Positions 1 to 9,222 of a stretch of 64,000 nt of DNA are shown here, piece after piece. The notes under the pieces were generated by a model. It was given only the letters and a program-made list of their open reading frames with translations. It was not told the origin of the DNA and made no database searches. The position numbers and the translations under genes were made by a program. The stretch's first letter is position 1; every line of letters begins with the position of its first letter. Origin of the DNA: Acidobacteriota bacterium (GTDB taxonomy: Bacteria > Acidobacteriota > Thermoanaerobaculia > Multivoradales > UBA5704); the NCBI GenBank assembly GCA_040005235.1, contig JBDTZG010000024.1:1-64000 (forward strand), read 5' to 3'.

Positions 1-294
1 TACTCGCTGTGCGATCCGTTCTTCATGCTGATCCTGTTCGAGGCGCTCGGTCCCGACTACATCGTCTGGGACAAGGCGGCGACGATCCGCTTCCGCCGCC
101 CGGGGCGGGGAACGGTGCATGCACGGTTCGAGATCGGTCCGGAGCGGGTGGCCGAGATTCGCGCCGCTGCGGATCGCGACGGCAAGGTCGAGCCGACGTT
201 CCTCGCCGAGGTGCGTGACGACGAAGGCCAGGTGATCGCCGAGGTGGAAAAGCTGCTCTACGTCCGGAAGAAGCCGCCCCAAAACGACGCTTAG
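1..294 (+). CDS. DUF4442/PaaI-like hotdog-fold thioesterase family protein (5' truncated by window edge)
   Basis: Frame open from base 1: YSLCDPFFMLIL...DYIVWDKAATIRFRRPGRG...VIAEVEKLLYVRKK, typical of DUF4442/YiiD-like proteins. Confidence 0.75.
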   Translation, partial: YSLCDPFFMLILFEALGPDYIVWDKAATIRFRRPGRGTVHARFEIGPERVAEIRAAADRDGKVEPTFLAEVRDDEGQVIAEVEKLLYVRKKPPQNDA

Positions 295-304
295 CGCTCG
301 GCCT

Positions 305-877
305 TCAGCTCGCCGCGCCGCGCCGCCAGACTCCCCGCGGCAGCTCGAATTGGGCGAAGCGGGTCTCGGGCGGCCATTTGGGGTGGGGATTCAAGCCGTA
401 GCCGGTGAGGCGGAACCCGACTTTTTCGAGGATGCACCAGGAGGCCGCGTTGGAATCCAGGCACATGGCGATCAGGCGTTCGGTGGCGAGATCGCGGAAG
501 GCGAGGTCGATCGCGATCTTCGCTGCAGCTGTCGCGTAGCCTCGCCCCCAATAAGGACGGCCGATCCAGTAACCCAGCTCGGCCTGGGCGCACTTGCCTG
601 GCTCTTCCGCTCCGCTCTTGATCCCCAACAGACCGCAAACTCCGACCAGACGCGGCCCTTGGGCGTCCTCGGCGCCGGCATCCTCGGCGATCACGGCAAA
701 CAGGCGCTCCTCGCCGGAGATCCACTTCTCGATCGCGGCCTGGACGAACTGCGCCGCCCCGTCCGGCGGATAGGGTACCGGCAGGTTGGTCGTCGCACCG
801 ATCGCCGGATCTTCCGCCAGAGCCTGGATCTCGCGCTCATGGTGCCAGCCGACCGGCTCCAGGATGACCGCAGCCAT
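305..877 (-). CDS. GNAT family N-acetyltransferase (RimJ/RimL type)
   Basis: Motifs ELGYWIGRPYWGRGYATAA and NAASWCILEKVGF. Confidence 0.9.
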   Translation of the reverse strand: MAAVILEPVGWHHEREIQALAEDPAIGATTNLPVPYPPDGAAQFVQAAIEKWISGEERLFAVIAEDAGAEDAQGPRLVGVCGLLGIKSGAEEPGKCAQAELGYWIGRPYWGRGYATAAAKIAIDLAFRDLATERLIAMCLDSNAASWCILEKVGFRLTGYGLNPHPKWPPETRFAQFELPRGVWRRGAAS

Positions 878-1099
878 TCGTTCACCTCACGTTCCGAACC
901 CAAGGATGGAAGTAGAGTAGCGCAATTCGAGCCTCGGCGCGAAAGCTTATTTGTTGGTGGCTCCGAGCTGGCGGTCGAGCGATTCGGTCCCGCCAGTTTC
1001 CCGCGGACCGGCCTTGTCCCGCTACCCCCCCTGGTGCGCACCTCGATTTTCGAGGGCGCAAAGCGTTTTCGTACGCTCTGCGCCACACGCGAGGACCTT

Positions 1100-1945
1100 A
1101 TGGAATCGACGACGATCCGCAGCGGCGGCCCGGGACCCGAGATCGGCGAGGCGAAAGATGGCCGCGAGGCCTGGCGCGCGGCGGCTCCGGGAACGGTTCG
1201 GTTGGGGCGCCTGATCGCGGTTTCTCAAGCGATGCGCCAGGTGCTGTCTCAAATGGCCGCTCTGGCCAGCTCGGACCTGCCGATCCTGATCGAGGGCGGC
1301 CCGGGAACGGGCAAGACTCTCGCGGCTCTCACGCTCTGCGAGCTGGGCCTGTGGGCGCGCTTTCCCCGCCTGGAAATCGATCTCGCCGGTCCCGGCTCGC
1401 CGTTCGACTTGGGGATCCACGAGATTCGCTCTCTCGCCCGGCGCAGCCGCGGAACCCTGGTCCTCGAATCGGTCGAGATGCTTAGCCCGGAGCGCCAGCG
1501 CGCCCTGGTGCACCTCCTCGATGAGATCGTGGCATCCGAGAACGGGGGCCGCCTCCGGGTGATCTCGACTAGCCGGCGCGAGCTGCGCACCGAGGTGACG
1601 CGCGGACGTTTTCGAGCCGACCTGTACTATCGGATCCGGGGCGCGTTGCTCCGCATCCCCGGTTTCGCCGAGCGGCCGGAGGATCTGCCGCACCTGTTCT
1701 CCCAGCTCACCGAAGAGACCGGACGCGACGTCTTGGCCCAAGTCGAACCGAGGCCGGAGGTCCCGACGGCAGAGACCCCCGGAGACCTGCGCGAATACCG
1801 GAGACGCAAAGAGCGCGCCCTGGTCCTCGAGGCCCTGGAAGGGGTGCGCTGGAACGTCTCGGCCGCCGCCCGCGGCCTGGGACTCAGCCGGGTGGGCTTG
1901 AGCAAGAAAATGAAGGTGCTCGGCCTGGTTCGGCCCGCCGTCTGA
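1100..1945 (+). CDS. Degenerate sigma-54 activator-like AAA+ protein with C-terminal Fis-type HTH
   Basis: ATG at 1100 after GAGGA; LPILIEGGPGTGKT (Walker A), RVISTS, GRFRADLYYRI, C-terminal WNVSAAARGLGLSRVGLSKKM; GAFTGA loop absent. Confidence 0.8.
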   Translation: MESTTIRSGGPGPEIGEAKDGREAWRAAAPGTVRLGRLIAVSQAMRQVLSQMAALASSDLPILIEGGPGTGKTLAALTLCELGLWARFPRLEIDLAGPGSPFDLGIHEIRSLARRSRGTLVLESVEMLSPERQRALVHLLDEIVASENGGRLRVISTSRRELRTEVTRGRFRADLYYRIRGALLRIPGFAERPEDLPHLFSQLTEETGRDVLAQVEPRPEVPTAETPGDLREYRRRKERALVLEALEGVRWNVSAAARGLGLSRVGLSKKMKVLGLVRPAV

Positions 1946-1961
1946 CGAGAGGCCAGCAGGG

Positions 1962-1981
1962 GCGACGCGCGCTCGTCGCCT
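1962..1981. terminator. GC-rich hairpin between convergent genes
   Basis: ggcgacg-cgcgct-cgtcgcc stem-loop just after the 1945 stop; no U-tract. Confidence 0.35.
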
Positions 1982-2010
1982 CCGCGAGACTCGGCAGCTA
2001 ATCAGTAACC

Positions 2011-2304
2011 TCAGTGCGTTTCGTTAACCGGGACGTTTCCCGCTCCGTTGTGTGCCGCGCTGGGGGTTCCATCCGGGTCCAGAATGCTGCCTACATTCGA
2101 AAAGATCGCCTTGGAGTCATCACGCTCCGTGGCGCCCAAGCCGATCGTACGAAGAAACCCGTCGACCCACTCCCTCGCTTCGGCCCAAAGGCCTCTACCC
2201 GGTTGTTCCGGACCGAAGGGGAAGGCCGCCGCGGGTTGCGCAGCAGCGACGAGAAGAACAAGGCTCGAGAAGACTATGGCCAGAGGCAGCTTGCGGCGGA
2301 TCAT
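2011..2304 (-). CDS. Small secreted protein/peptide precursor with GSILDPDG motif
   Basis: AGGAG RBS; basic N-terminus, hydrophobic core and AAA cleavage-like site; Trp-rich helix; NVGSILDPDG near the C-terminus. Confidence 0.7.
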   Translation of the reverse strand: MIRRKLPLAIVFSSLVLLVAAAQPAAAFPFGPEQPGRGLWAEAREWVDGFLRTIGLGATERDDSKAIFSNVGSILDPDGTPSAAHNGAGNVPVNETH

Positions 2305-2483
2305 CGTGCGGCTCCTTTGTAGAGAGGGGCTCGTAACCGGTCGCTATTGGCCGGTACAGGGCGATCTCGCGATGGAGACAAGTTGTTCCCCTTTCGGGGA
2401 ATTAATGTCTGCATCGTATCCTGTTTCGGTAACATCATGGGCACAGGGGGTCCTTTTGTGCCTCTTTCAGCATCCCGCCTGGA

Positions 2484-3776
2484 TCAAATTCCCGGCTGTC
2501 TTCTCTCGCGGAAAAGATGGTTCGACAGATGGAGCGCAAGGCTGAGCGTCAGGCGCCCCTCCTCGCAGGCCTTCTGAAACAGCATCAAGGAGGCGATCGC
2601 CTCGCGATGGATTGCGCGGTCTTCGAGTATCGGCAGGACCTCGACGGCCAGGCGTTTCAAGTCACCCAGCCGGGCGGACTGGGCATAGAGGATTGCGAGG
2701 TCCAGACAGACCAATGCCGCGTCGTAGCCCATTCGGCGGGTGAGGAATTCCAGCTGAACTTCGCGTAGAAGTTGCTCGGCTCGATCGTTCTGACCTCGGT
2801 GGAAGCGAAGCTTCGCCTCGTGCCAGGAGAGCCGGACGAGATCGAGGTCGCTGCCCAGCCTTTGGGCGAGCGAATGGACCGTGGGCAGCAGAGCCTCCGC
2901 CTCGTCGAGCAGGTCGCTTTGCACCAGACTTTCGAGCAGGTTGTGATGTAGAACCAGGTCGAGGCGCGGCTCGCGCTCCGGAGTGATCATCGCGGCCGCG
3001 CGACGCAAATGCGGTATGGCTTGGGCCGGTTTGCCCATTTCAAGCAGCGTATGTGCTTTGTTGAGGTGAGCGCGTCCGGCGAGGTGGCTGTCGCGCGCCG
3101 AGGGTTCTTCCCGATAGATCACGATCGCCCGATCGATCATGCTGAGAGCCTCGCCGAAACGGCGCTGGTCTCTCCTGAGAGTCGCCTTCAAGCTCAGCAG
3201 CTCGGCTTCGATGCCCAGGTTGCCGGTACCGCTCGCGGCCATCTGATTCTCGGCCAGGCGGAACGCGCCTTCGGCGCTTCGGAGCTCGCCTAGCACTCGA
3301 CGGGCATTGCCCAGGTAGGCATAGGCACGGGCCTGGAGATCGAGCACCCAGGCGGGGTCGTACGCCGGCCCCAGTTGGAGGGCGATCTGGACCGCCAGCT
3401 CCGCGGCGTCGACCGCACGGGCAGGATCGTCGAGCGCCTCGTGCCGGCTCCGCTGGAGCAGCAGGTGACAGAGACCCCAGGTTTGCAGGTCGTCCCGCTC
3501 GGCAACGGCGCGATGCTGCTCCTCGAAGGGCATCCCGTCGAGCTCCGCGAGGAGATCGTCCGCCTCCGGGGCTTCGACCGCCGCGACCATCTCGTCCCAA
3601 TGTCCTAGCTCATCGAGCTTCTGTGCCAGCTGGGTTGCGGTCTGTTGGCAGGCCGCGCAGGAGAAAAGGAGATGCGGCGCGATTGAGCGCAGCACCTCGT
3701 CGTGCTCCATGCGGCCCGACAGCCAGCGCGCCAGAGCCTCTATGTCCGGATGTGACTCGGAAAGCGATTCGGCCAA
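2484..3776 (-). CDS. TPR-repeat protein with N-terminal HxxxCxxC zinc-finger-like segment (putative regulator)
   Basis: Probable TTG start at 3776 after GGGAGG; HPDIEALARWL...HLLFSCAACQ, then TPR-like helices (ARAYAYLGNARRVLGELRSAE; RRFGEALSMIDRAI). Confidence 0.8.
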   Translation of the reverse strand: MAESLSESHPDIEALARWLSGRMEHDEVLRSIAPHLLFSCAACQQTATQLAQKLDELGHWDEMVAAVEAPEADDLLAELDGMPFEEQHRAVAERDDLQTWGLCHLLLQRSRHEALDDPARAVDAAELAVQIALQLGPAYDPAWVLDLQARAYAYLGNARRVLGELRSAEGAFRLAENQMAASGTGNLGIEAELLSLKATLRRDQRRFGEALSMIDRAIVIYREEPSARDSHLAGRAHLNKAHTLLEMGKPAQAIPHLRRAAAMITPEREPRLDLVLHHNLLESLVQSDLLDEAEALLPTVHSLAQRLGSDLDLVRLSWHEAKLRFHRGQNDRAEQLLREVQLEFLTRRMGYDAALVCLDLAILYAQSARLGDLKRLAVEVLPILEDRAIHREAIASLMLFQKACEEGRLTLSLALHLSNHLFRERRQPGI

Positions 3777-3902
3777 GGTGCTGCCCTCCCCTAAACGGAA
3801 ACGATCTGTTCCCTTAGAAAAAGTGTCGCCAAAGAGAATCAGTTTCCGCAGAAGGGCAATTCGGGACAACAATTTGTCGGAGCCGCAAAAAAAGTCGGAA
3901 TT

Positions 3903-4811
3903 TCAGACGATCGGGGTCCCCTCGGACGCGGTCAGGTCGCGAAAAAGGGCGGAGAGCCGCAGGGTCATCGGACCGGGGAGGGTCGAACCCGGCGCCCCGA
4001 TCTTCCGGCCATCGATCTCGGCCACCGCGGCCAGCTCTCCCATGGTGCCGGTGCAGAAAACCTCTTCGGCGCGGTACGCCTCGGTGAGCGACAGGTCGCG
4101 CTCGGCGTGCGGAATGCCGTTCTTCCGACAGAGCTCGAGCACGGTCGCGCGGGTGATCCCCTCCGGGCAGGAGTGGCAGAAAGGGGTGAGCACCTCGCCC
4201 CGACGTACCAGGAACAGGTGGGTCGCGTTGGTCTCGGCGATGAAACCGCGCGGATCGAGCATCACGGCGTCGTCGGCTCCCGCCTGGTTCGCCTGGATCT
4301 TCGCCAGGATCGACTGGATCAGGTTGCAGTGGTGGATCTTCGGGTCGAGCCCGTCCGGCGGGAAGCGGCGGATCGCGCTGGTGATCAGCGAAAGACCCGT
4401 CCGGCCGTAGACCGGCGCCTTGTGCTCGGCGAGCACGATCAGCGTCGGCCCGCTCTGGTTCAGGCGCGGGTCCATCCCGCTGGTGATCTTCACCCCGCGG
4501 GTGAGCGTCAGGCGAATGTGCACCTCGTCCCGCATGCCGTTCGCTTCGAGAGTCTTCCGGATCTCCGCGGTGATCGCCTCGTGGGAAGGGATCTCCGCAA
4601 ACGCGAGCGCCTGCGCCGAGCCGGTCAGCCGTTCGAGGTGCTCGGCGAGCTTGAACACCCGGCCGTCGTAAACCCGCAACCCCTCCCAGACGGCGTCGCC
4701 CCCCTGGACCGCGGAATCGAACGGGCTGATCCCGGCCTGGTCGCGATGGATCAGACGGCCATTGATGTTCACCAACAGGTCGCGGTTCTTCTCGTTCCAG
4801 CTCTGGAGCAC
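3903..4811 (-). CDS. Aminotransferase class IV (branched-chain/D-amino-acid aminotransferase family)
   Basis: GDAVWEGLR, EHLERL, IAETNATHLF, EGITRATV, EEVFCTGT motifs. Confidence 0.9.
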   Translation of the reverse strand: MLQSWNEKNRDLLVNINGRLIHRDQAGISPFDSAVQGGDAVWEGLRVYDGRVFKLAEHLERLTGSAQALAFAEIPSHEAITAEIRKTLEANGMRDEVHIRLTLTRGVKITSGMDPRLNQSGPTLIVLAEHKAPVYGRTGLSLITSAIRRFPPDGLDPKIHHCNLIQSILAKIQANQAGADDAVMLDPRGFIAETNATHLFLVRRGEVLTPFCHSCPEGITRATVLELCRKNGIPHAERDLSLTEAYRAEEVFCTGTMGELAAVAEIDGRKIGAPGSTLPGPMTLRLSALFRDLTASEGTPIV

Positions 4812-4831
4812 GGCGCTCTCCCGATGGGTTT

Positions 4832-6004
4832 TTAACGGCCGAGACGACGGGCGAGGATCTCGATTCCTCGCTCGACCACGTCAGGCGGGGCGGCGGTGAA
4901 ACAGACCCGGACATGAGTTGGATAGGGGCCGAAGCTCGGCCCGGGCGAAACCAGCAGCCCCTGATCGGCGCAGTCTCCGAGCAGCCCTTCGAGCCCGTCC
5001 TCTCGAAGATGCTCGGCGACGTCCAGGAACAGGAACGTGCTCCCCTTGGGCGCCGGAACCCCCAGCCGGGCGGCAGCCTTCGCCCCGGTCTCGGTATAGA
5101 GCGCCCGGGAGTTGGCGATCCAGGCGTCGCCCGCCGGAGAGAGCGCCGCGAGAGCCGCGAGCTGCGAGGCGGTCGGCGTGCTGTAAAACCCGTGAGTGCT
5201 CACCTTGCGCAGCTCCGTCATGGTCGCGGCCGGTCCGACGATGTAGCCGCAGCGGTTGCCCGCCATGCCGAACGCCTTGGAAAAAGAATGGGCGGCAAAC
5301 GTCCGCTCCGGGGCGAGCGGCCGGGTATAGGCGTGCTCCCCCTCGTACAGGTAATCCTCATAGACCTCGTCGGCGATCAGCCACAGGTCCTCCCGGCAGG
5401 CCCAGGCGACCAGCGCCTCGATCCATGCCCGCGGGATCGCCAAGCCGCTCGGGTTGTTCGGCGTGCTCAGGTAGAGCGCGATCGTCCGGTCGGATTTGAA
5501 CCGCGCGACCTGCTCGACCGCCGACTCCGGCGAATCGGGCAAGGCATACGACGGATCGGGAGCGGCCAGGAATGGCACCGGCACGGGTGTGCCGTGAAAC
5601 GACCGGACGATCCCCGAGATCAACGGCCAGTAGGGCGCAAGGATCAAGACCTCATCCCCCGGAGCGACGATCGCGCCGGCCACAGTGCTCAAGCCCCCCG
5701 TGGCCCCCGTCGCCATCAACACGTTTTCCGGGCCGGTCGGAGCACGCGATCGTCGGCCTACCCTTTCCGCCAGACGCGAGACCAGCTCGGGAATGCCCTG
5801 CACCGGAGCGTAGCGATGCATCCCGGGGTGGTCGGCGACCCGCTGATCCTCCATCCGGCAGCCGACAGGCGGCTCCATCCAGGTGTCGCCGACCGACAAG
5901 GTGTAGATCTCGCCTTTGTACCCATCGAGCCGATGGGCGAGCTTGGAATAGACCGCTCCGGGAATGGCGGCGACGGTGGGGGCAACTTCCGGGAATCTCG
6001 GCAT
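4832..6004 (-). CDS. PLP-dependent aminotransferase class I/II
   Basis: TPNNPSG, IADEVYE, HSFSKAFGMAGNRCGY (PLP lysine). Confidence 0.92.
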   Translation of the reverse strand: MPRFPEVAPTVAAIPGAVYSKLAHRLDGYKGEIYTLSVGDTWMEPPVGCRMEDQRVADHPGMHRYAPVQGIPELVSRLAERVGRRSRAPTGPENVLMATGATGGLSTVAGAIVAPGDEVLILAPYWPLISGIVRSFHGTPVPVPFLAAPDPSYALPDSPESAVEQVARFKSDRTIALYLSTPNNPSGLAIPRAWIEALVAWACREDLWLIADEVYEDYLYEGEHAYTRPLAPERTFAAHSFSKAFGMAGNRCGYIVGPAATMTELRKVSTHGFYSTPTASQLAALAALSPAGDAWIANSRALYTETGAKAAARLGVPAPKGSTFLFLDVAEHLREDGLEGLLGDCADQGLLVSPGPSFGPYPTHVRVCFTAAPPDVVERGIEILARRLGR

Positions 6005-6070
6005 GCCTCGAAGCCTAACCTAGTCCCCGGCTATACTCGCCCGCCAAATTCTTCGGAGACCAACCCTCAA

Positions 6071-7105
6071 GTGAAAGCCCTCATCCTCGCCGGCGGCAGC
6101 GGCACACGATTCTGGCCTCTGTCGCGCAAAGCCCGACCGAAGCAGTTGCTCGCCCTCGAAGGGGAGCGGAGCCTGCTCCAGGAGACGGTCGACCGGCTGC
6201 AGCCGCTGGTCGCTCCGACCGACGTTTGGATCTGCACCACGGAGGCGCTCGCCGAAGCGGTGCGCGAGCAGTTGCCGGAGGTGCCGGCCGACCAGGTGCT
6301 CGCCGAGCCGATGGGCCGCAACACCTGCCCGGCGATCGGCTGGGCCGTCGGCCTGATGAATGCCGGAGCGGAGCCCATCGCGATCCTGTCCTCCGATCAT
6401 CGAATGGCCGACGACGCGGCGTTTCGCGCCGTCCTCGGCCGCGCCGCCCAGGCGGTCGAAGAGCACGATTACGTGATGACGCTCGGCGTCACCCCCCGCT
6501 GGCCCGAGACCGGCTACGGCTATCTGGAGCTGGGGGCGGAGCTCGCCCCCGGTCTGCGCCACGTTCTGCGCTTCGTCGAGAAACCCAATCTCGCTGCGGC
6601 CGAGGCCTATCTGGCCGGCGGGCGCCACCTGTGGAACGCCGGGATTTTCGTTTTCCGCGGCTCCACGTTTCTCGATCTGCTCAGCCTGCACCAACCGGAG
6701 CTGGCCTCAGGTCTCGCTGCGATCGCCGCCGAACCCCATCGCGCGGCCGAGATCTATGCGTCGCTGCCGGCCGAATCGATCGACGTGGCGATCATGGAGA
6801 AGCTCGACGACATCGCAACCCTGCCGCTCGACTGCGGCTGGAGCGACCTCGGCTCCTGGGAAGCTCTGCACGAGATCCTGCCCAAGGACGAGGCGGGCAA
6901 CGCTTTGCGCGGCGATGTGCTGGCGCTCGATGCTTCCGGCAACCTGATCGTCTCCGAAGGGGGGCTGGTCGCCGTGCTCGGCGTTTCCGACCTGGTCGTC
7001 GTCCGGACCGGCGACACCGTGGTGGTCCTTCCCAAGGCGCGCTCGCAGGAGGTGCGCCGCCTGGTGGCCGAGCTTGCCTCCCGCCAGCGCGGCGATCTGC
7101 TGTAA
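6071..7105 (+). CDS. manC: Mannose-1-phosphate guanylyltransferase
   Basis: GTG start; LILAGGSGTRFWPLSRKARPKQLL, EPMGRNT, PETGYGY, FVEKP, WNAGIF, GWSDLGSW. Confidence 0.93.
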   Translation: MKALILAGGSGTRFWPLSRKARPKQLLALEGERSLLQETVDRLQPLVAPTDVWICTTEALAEAVREQLPEVPADQVLAEPMGRNTCPAIGWAVGLMNAGAEPIAILSSDHRMADDAAFRAVLGRAAQAVEEHDYVMTLGVTPRWPETGYGYLELGAELAPGLRHVLRFVEKPNLAAAEAYLAGGRHLWNAGIFVFRGSTFLDLLSLHQPELASGLAAIAAEPHRAAEIYASLPAESIDVAIMEKLDDIATLPLDCGWSDLGSWEALHEILPKDEAGNALRGDVLALDASGNLIVSEGGLVAVLGVSDLVVVRTGDTVVVLPKARSQEVRRLVAELASRQRGDLL

Positions 7106-7121
7106 GGCCTGTTCCCCCGCG

Positions 7122-7865
7122 ATGCCGATTCAACCGGCCCGACTCTTCACCGCCGCGGGCGACTCGACCCTCGCCCAATGCGGCGCGCCGGTCTCCCTCG
7201 ACCGGCTGGTGCCGCCCACCGCGGCCGGTATCCCGTGGGAGGTCGAGATCGGATTCGGCAAGGGGCGCTACCTGTTCGAGCGCTGCCTCGCCGAACCGGG
7301 CCGCCGCTTCCTGGGCATCGAAATCGCCGGGCAATACCTGCGCGAATGGGTCCGCAAAAGCCGCAAGGAGGGGCTTCAAAACTTCCTCGTGCTTCACGGC
7401 GACGCCCTCGCCCTGCTCGCGACCTCGCTTCCCTGGGGCTTTGCCGAGGTCGTCCACATCTACTTTCCTGACCCCTGGTTCAAAACCCGGCATAAGAAAC
7501 GGCGGCTGCTCGACCCCGAAACGGTCGATCTCGTGCTCCGCCTGCTCGCGCCGGGCGGCAAGCTGTCTTTCGCGACCGATTTTCTGGAGTACGGCGAAAA
7601 AGTGACCAAGATCCTTTCCGGCGTGCCCGGTCTACAAATCCGCCGCGTCGACGAATGGCCGGAAGGACCGCGCACCCACTACGAAGCGAAGTTCGTCGCC
7701 GAAGGCCGGCCCATCGTGCGCCTGGAAGCCTGGTTCGCCGAGGGCGCCAATGTCGGGCTTCATCCGCTCGGCGAGCGAGGCTTGCTCGCGGCGGTGCGCG
7801 GGGTCGGTGGGCAAATGGAAGAACAGGACGAAGAGGACTTCGAGGACGGGGAAACCGATGAGTGA
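7122..7865 (+). CDS. trmB: tRNA (guanine-N7)-methyltransferase
   Basis: VEIGFGKG, FLGIE, YFPDPWFKTRHKKRRL, FATD, THYEAKF. Confidence 0.88.
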   Translation: MPIQPARLFTAAGDSTLAQCGAPVSLDRLVPPTAAGIPWEVEIGFGKGRYLFERCLAEPGRRFLGIEIAGQYLREWVRKSRKEGLQNFLVLHGDALALLATSLPWGFAEVVHIYFPDPWFKTRHKKRRLLDPETVDLVLRLLAPGGKLSFATDFLEYGEKVTKILSGVPGLQIRRVDEWPEGPRTHYEAKFVAEGRPIVRLEAWFAEGANVGLHPLGERGLLAAVRGVGGQMEEQDEEDFEDGETDE

Positions 7866-8292
7866 GAGCGCCGAAACCACCTATCCCGTCCGGGCCGAGA
7901 TCCCGGTTCGGTTCCGCGACATCGACGGCTTGGGTCATGTAAACAACGCGGTGATCATCACCTACCTGGAAATCACCCGCGAAACCTACCGGCGGAAGAT
8001 CGGGGAGCTCGTCGACATCTCAGAGTTCGGTTTCCTGCTGGCCCGGGTGGAGTGCGATTTCCGCAAGCCCATCCCCTACGACACCATCGTTCACGCCCGG
8101 GTGGGCTGCTCGCGCATCGGCACCAAAAGCTGGGAGCTGGTCTACCGCCTAGAATCCCCCGACCGCGCCACCCTCTGGGCCGAGGCGCGCACGGTCCAGG
8201 TGGTGGTCAATCTCGCGACTGGGGCGTCGAAAGAGATTCCGGCGGAGATTCGCGCCGCGATGGAGACGCTGGAAGCGGCTCGCGAAGAGTAG
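7858..8292 (+). CDS. Acyl-CoA thioesterase (4HBT/YbgC family)
   Basis: VRFRDIDGLGHVNNAVIITYLE motif; overlaps the trmB stop. Confidence 0.9.
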   Translation: MSESAETTYPVRAEIPVRFRDIDGLGHVNNAVIITYLEITRETYRRKIGELVDISEFGFLLARVECDFRKPIPYDTIVHARVGCSRIGTKSWELVYRLESPDRATLWAEARTVQVVVNLATGASKEIPAEIRAAMETLEAAREE

Positions 8293-8296
8293 GGAT

Positions 8297-8503
8297 TTAT
8301 TCGGGTTCGCCGGGCTCGGCTCGGTTCGAGCTCCGCGAGAGTGTGACCACGCGATGGCCCGACGACGCCTGTTCCTCTCGGAGCCGGCGGCAAAACTCGA
8401 AGATGTCCTCCCCTGCGGCCGCAAAAAGCGCTTGCCGGGCAGCCCGGACCTCTTCGACAATCGGATCACGCCACCGCTCGTCACCAGGTCGTTCGTCGAT
8501 CAT
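8297..8503 (-). CDS. Small hypothetical protein, DPIVEEVR-type (putative orphan antitoxin)
   Basis: GGAGA RBS; WRDPIVEEVRAARQALFAAAGEDIFEFCRRLRE resembles small proteins usually found next to PIN-domain genes. Confidence 0.55.
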   Translation of the reverse strand: MIDERPGDERWRDPIVEEVRAARQALFAAAGEDIFEFCRRLREEQASSGHRVVTLSRSSNRAEPGEPE

Positions 8504-8598
8504 CGTCTTCTCCCATGAGCTCGTCCGGATAGGCGCCTCATTTATCCATGCTACTGCGCCTTGACGTACCCGTCATCCCCGGCGGCCCGGGCGCTAGA

Positions 8599-9222
8599 AT
8601 GCCCTCCGTGCGCCGCGTCCAAACGATCGTTCTTCTCGCGCTCGCCTTGCTTGCCGGGTGCCGGCGCGAGATTCCGAATCTCGATTCGCCGGGGACCACG
8701 ATCGTTGCGTTCGGCGATTCGATCACCGCGGGATATGGCGCCGACGGACCGGGCACCACCTATCCGGAACGGCTCGCCGAGCGGATCGGGCGGCCGGTGA
8801 TCAACGCCGGGGTGCCGGGCGACACGACGGCCGAGGCGCTCGCGCGGATCGAACCGGTGCTGTCTCAAGATCCCTGGTTGGTGATCGTCGAGCTTGGCGG
8901 CAATGATCTGCTCCAACAGGTGCCGATCGAGCGGACCGAAGCGAACCTTCAGGCGATCGTCGAGCGCCTGCTCGCGGCGCACACGGTGCCGGTCCTGATC
9001 GAAATCCACGGTCCGTTCGGCGGCGGACGCTACTCCGATCTGTTCGAGCGGCTGGGCAAGAAGTACCACGTGCCGGTGCTCGAAGATGCCCTTCCCGACA
9101 TCCTTTCGGATCGGACCTTGAAGAGCGACGAGATCCATCCGAACGCCGCCGGGTACGCCAAGCTCGCGGATGCGATCGCCGAGGAATTGAGGCCGATCTT
9201 GAAGCGACGAGGTGCTCGATGA
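8599..9222 (+). CDS. GDSL/SGNH arylesterase lipoprotein (TesA-like)
   Basis: Lipobox LLAGC; FGDSIT, NAGVPGDTT, ELGGND, DEIHPN blocks. Confidence 0.92.
   Translation: MPSVRRVQTIVLLALALLAGCRREIPNLDSPGTTIVAFGDSITAGYGADGPGTTYPERLAERIGRPVINAGVPGDTTAEALARIEPVLSQDPWLVIVELGGNDLLQQVPIERTEANLQAIVERLLAAHTVPVLIEIHGPFGGGRYSDLFERLGKKYHVPVLEDALPDILSDRTLKSDEIHPNAAGYAKLADAIAEELRPILKRRGAR

Noticed and set aside
350-1099. N-terminal extension of the 531-aa ORF
   Set aside because: It is antisense to the GNAT gene; the RBS and domain content support a start at 1100
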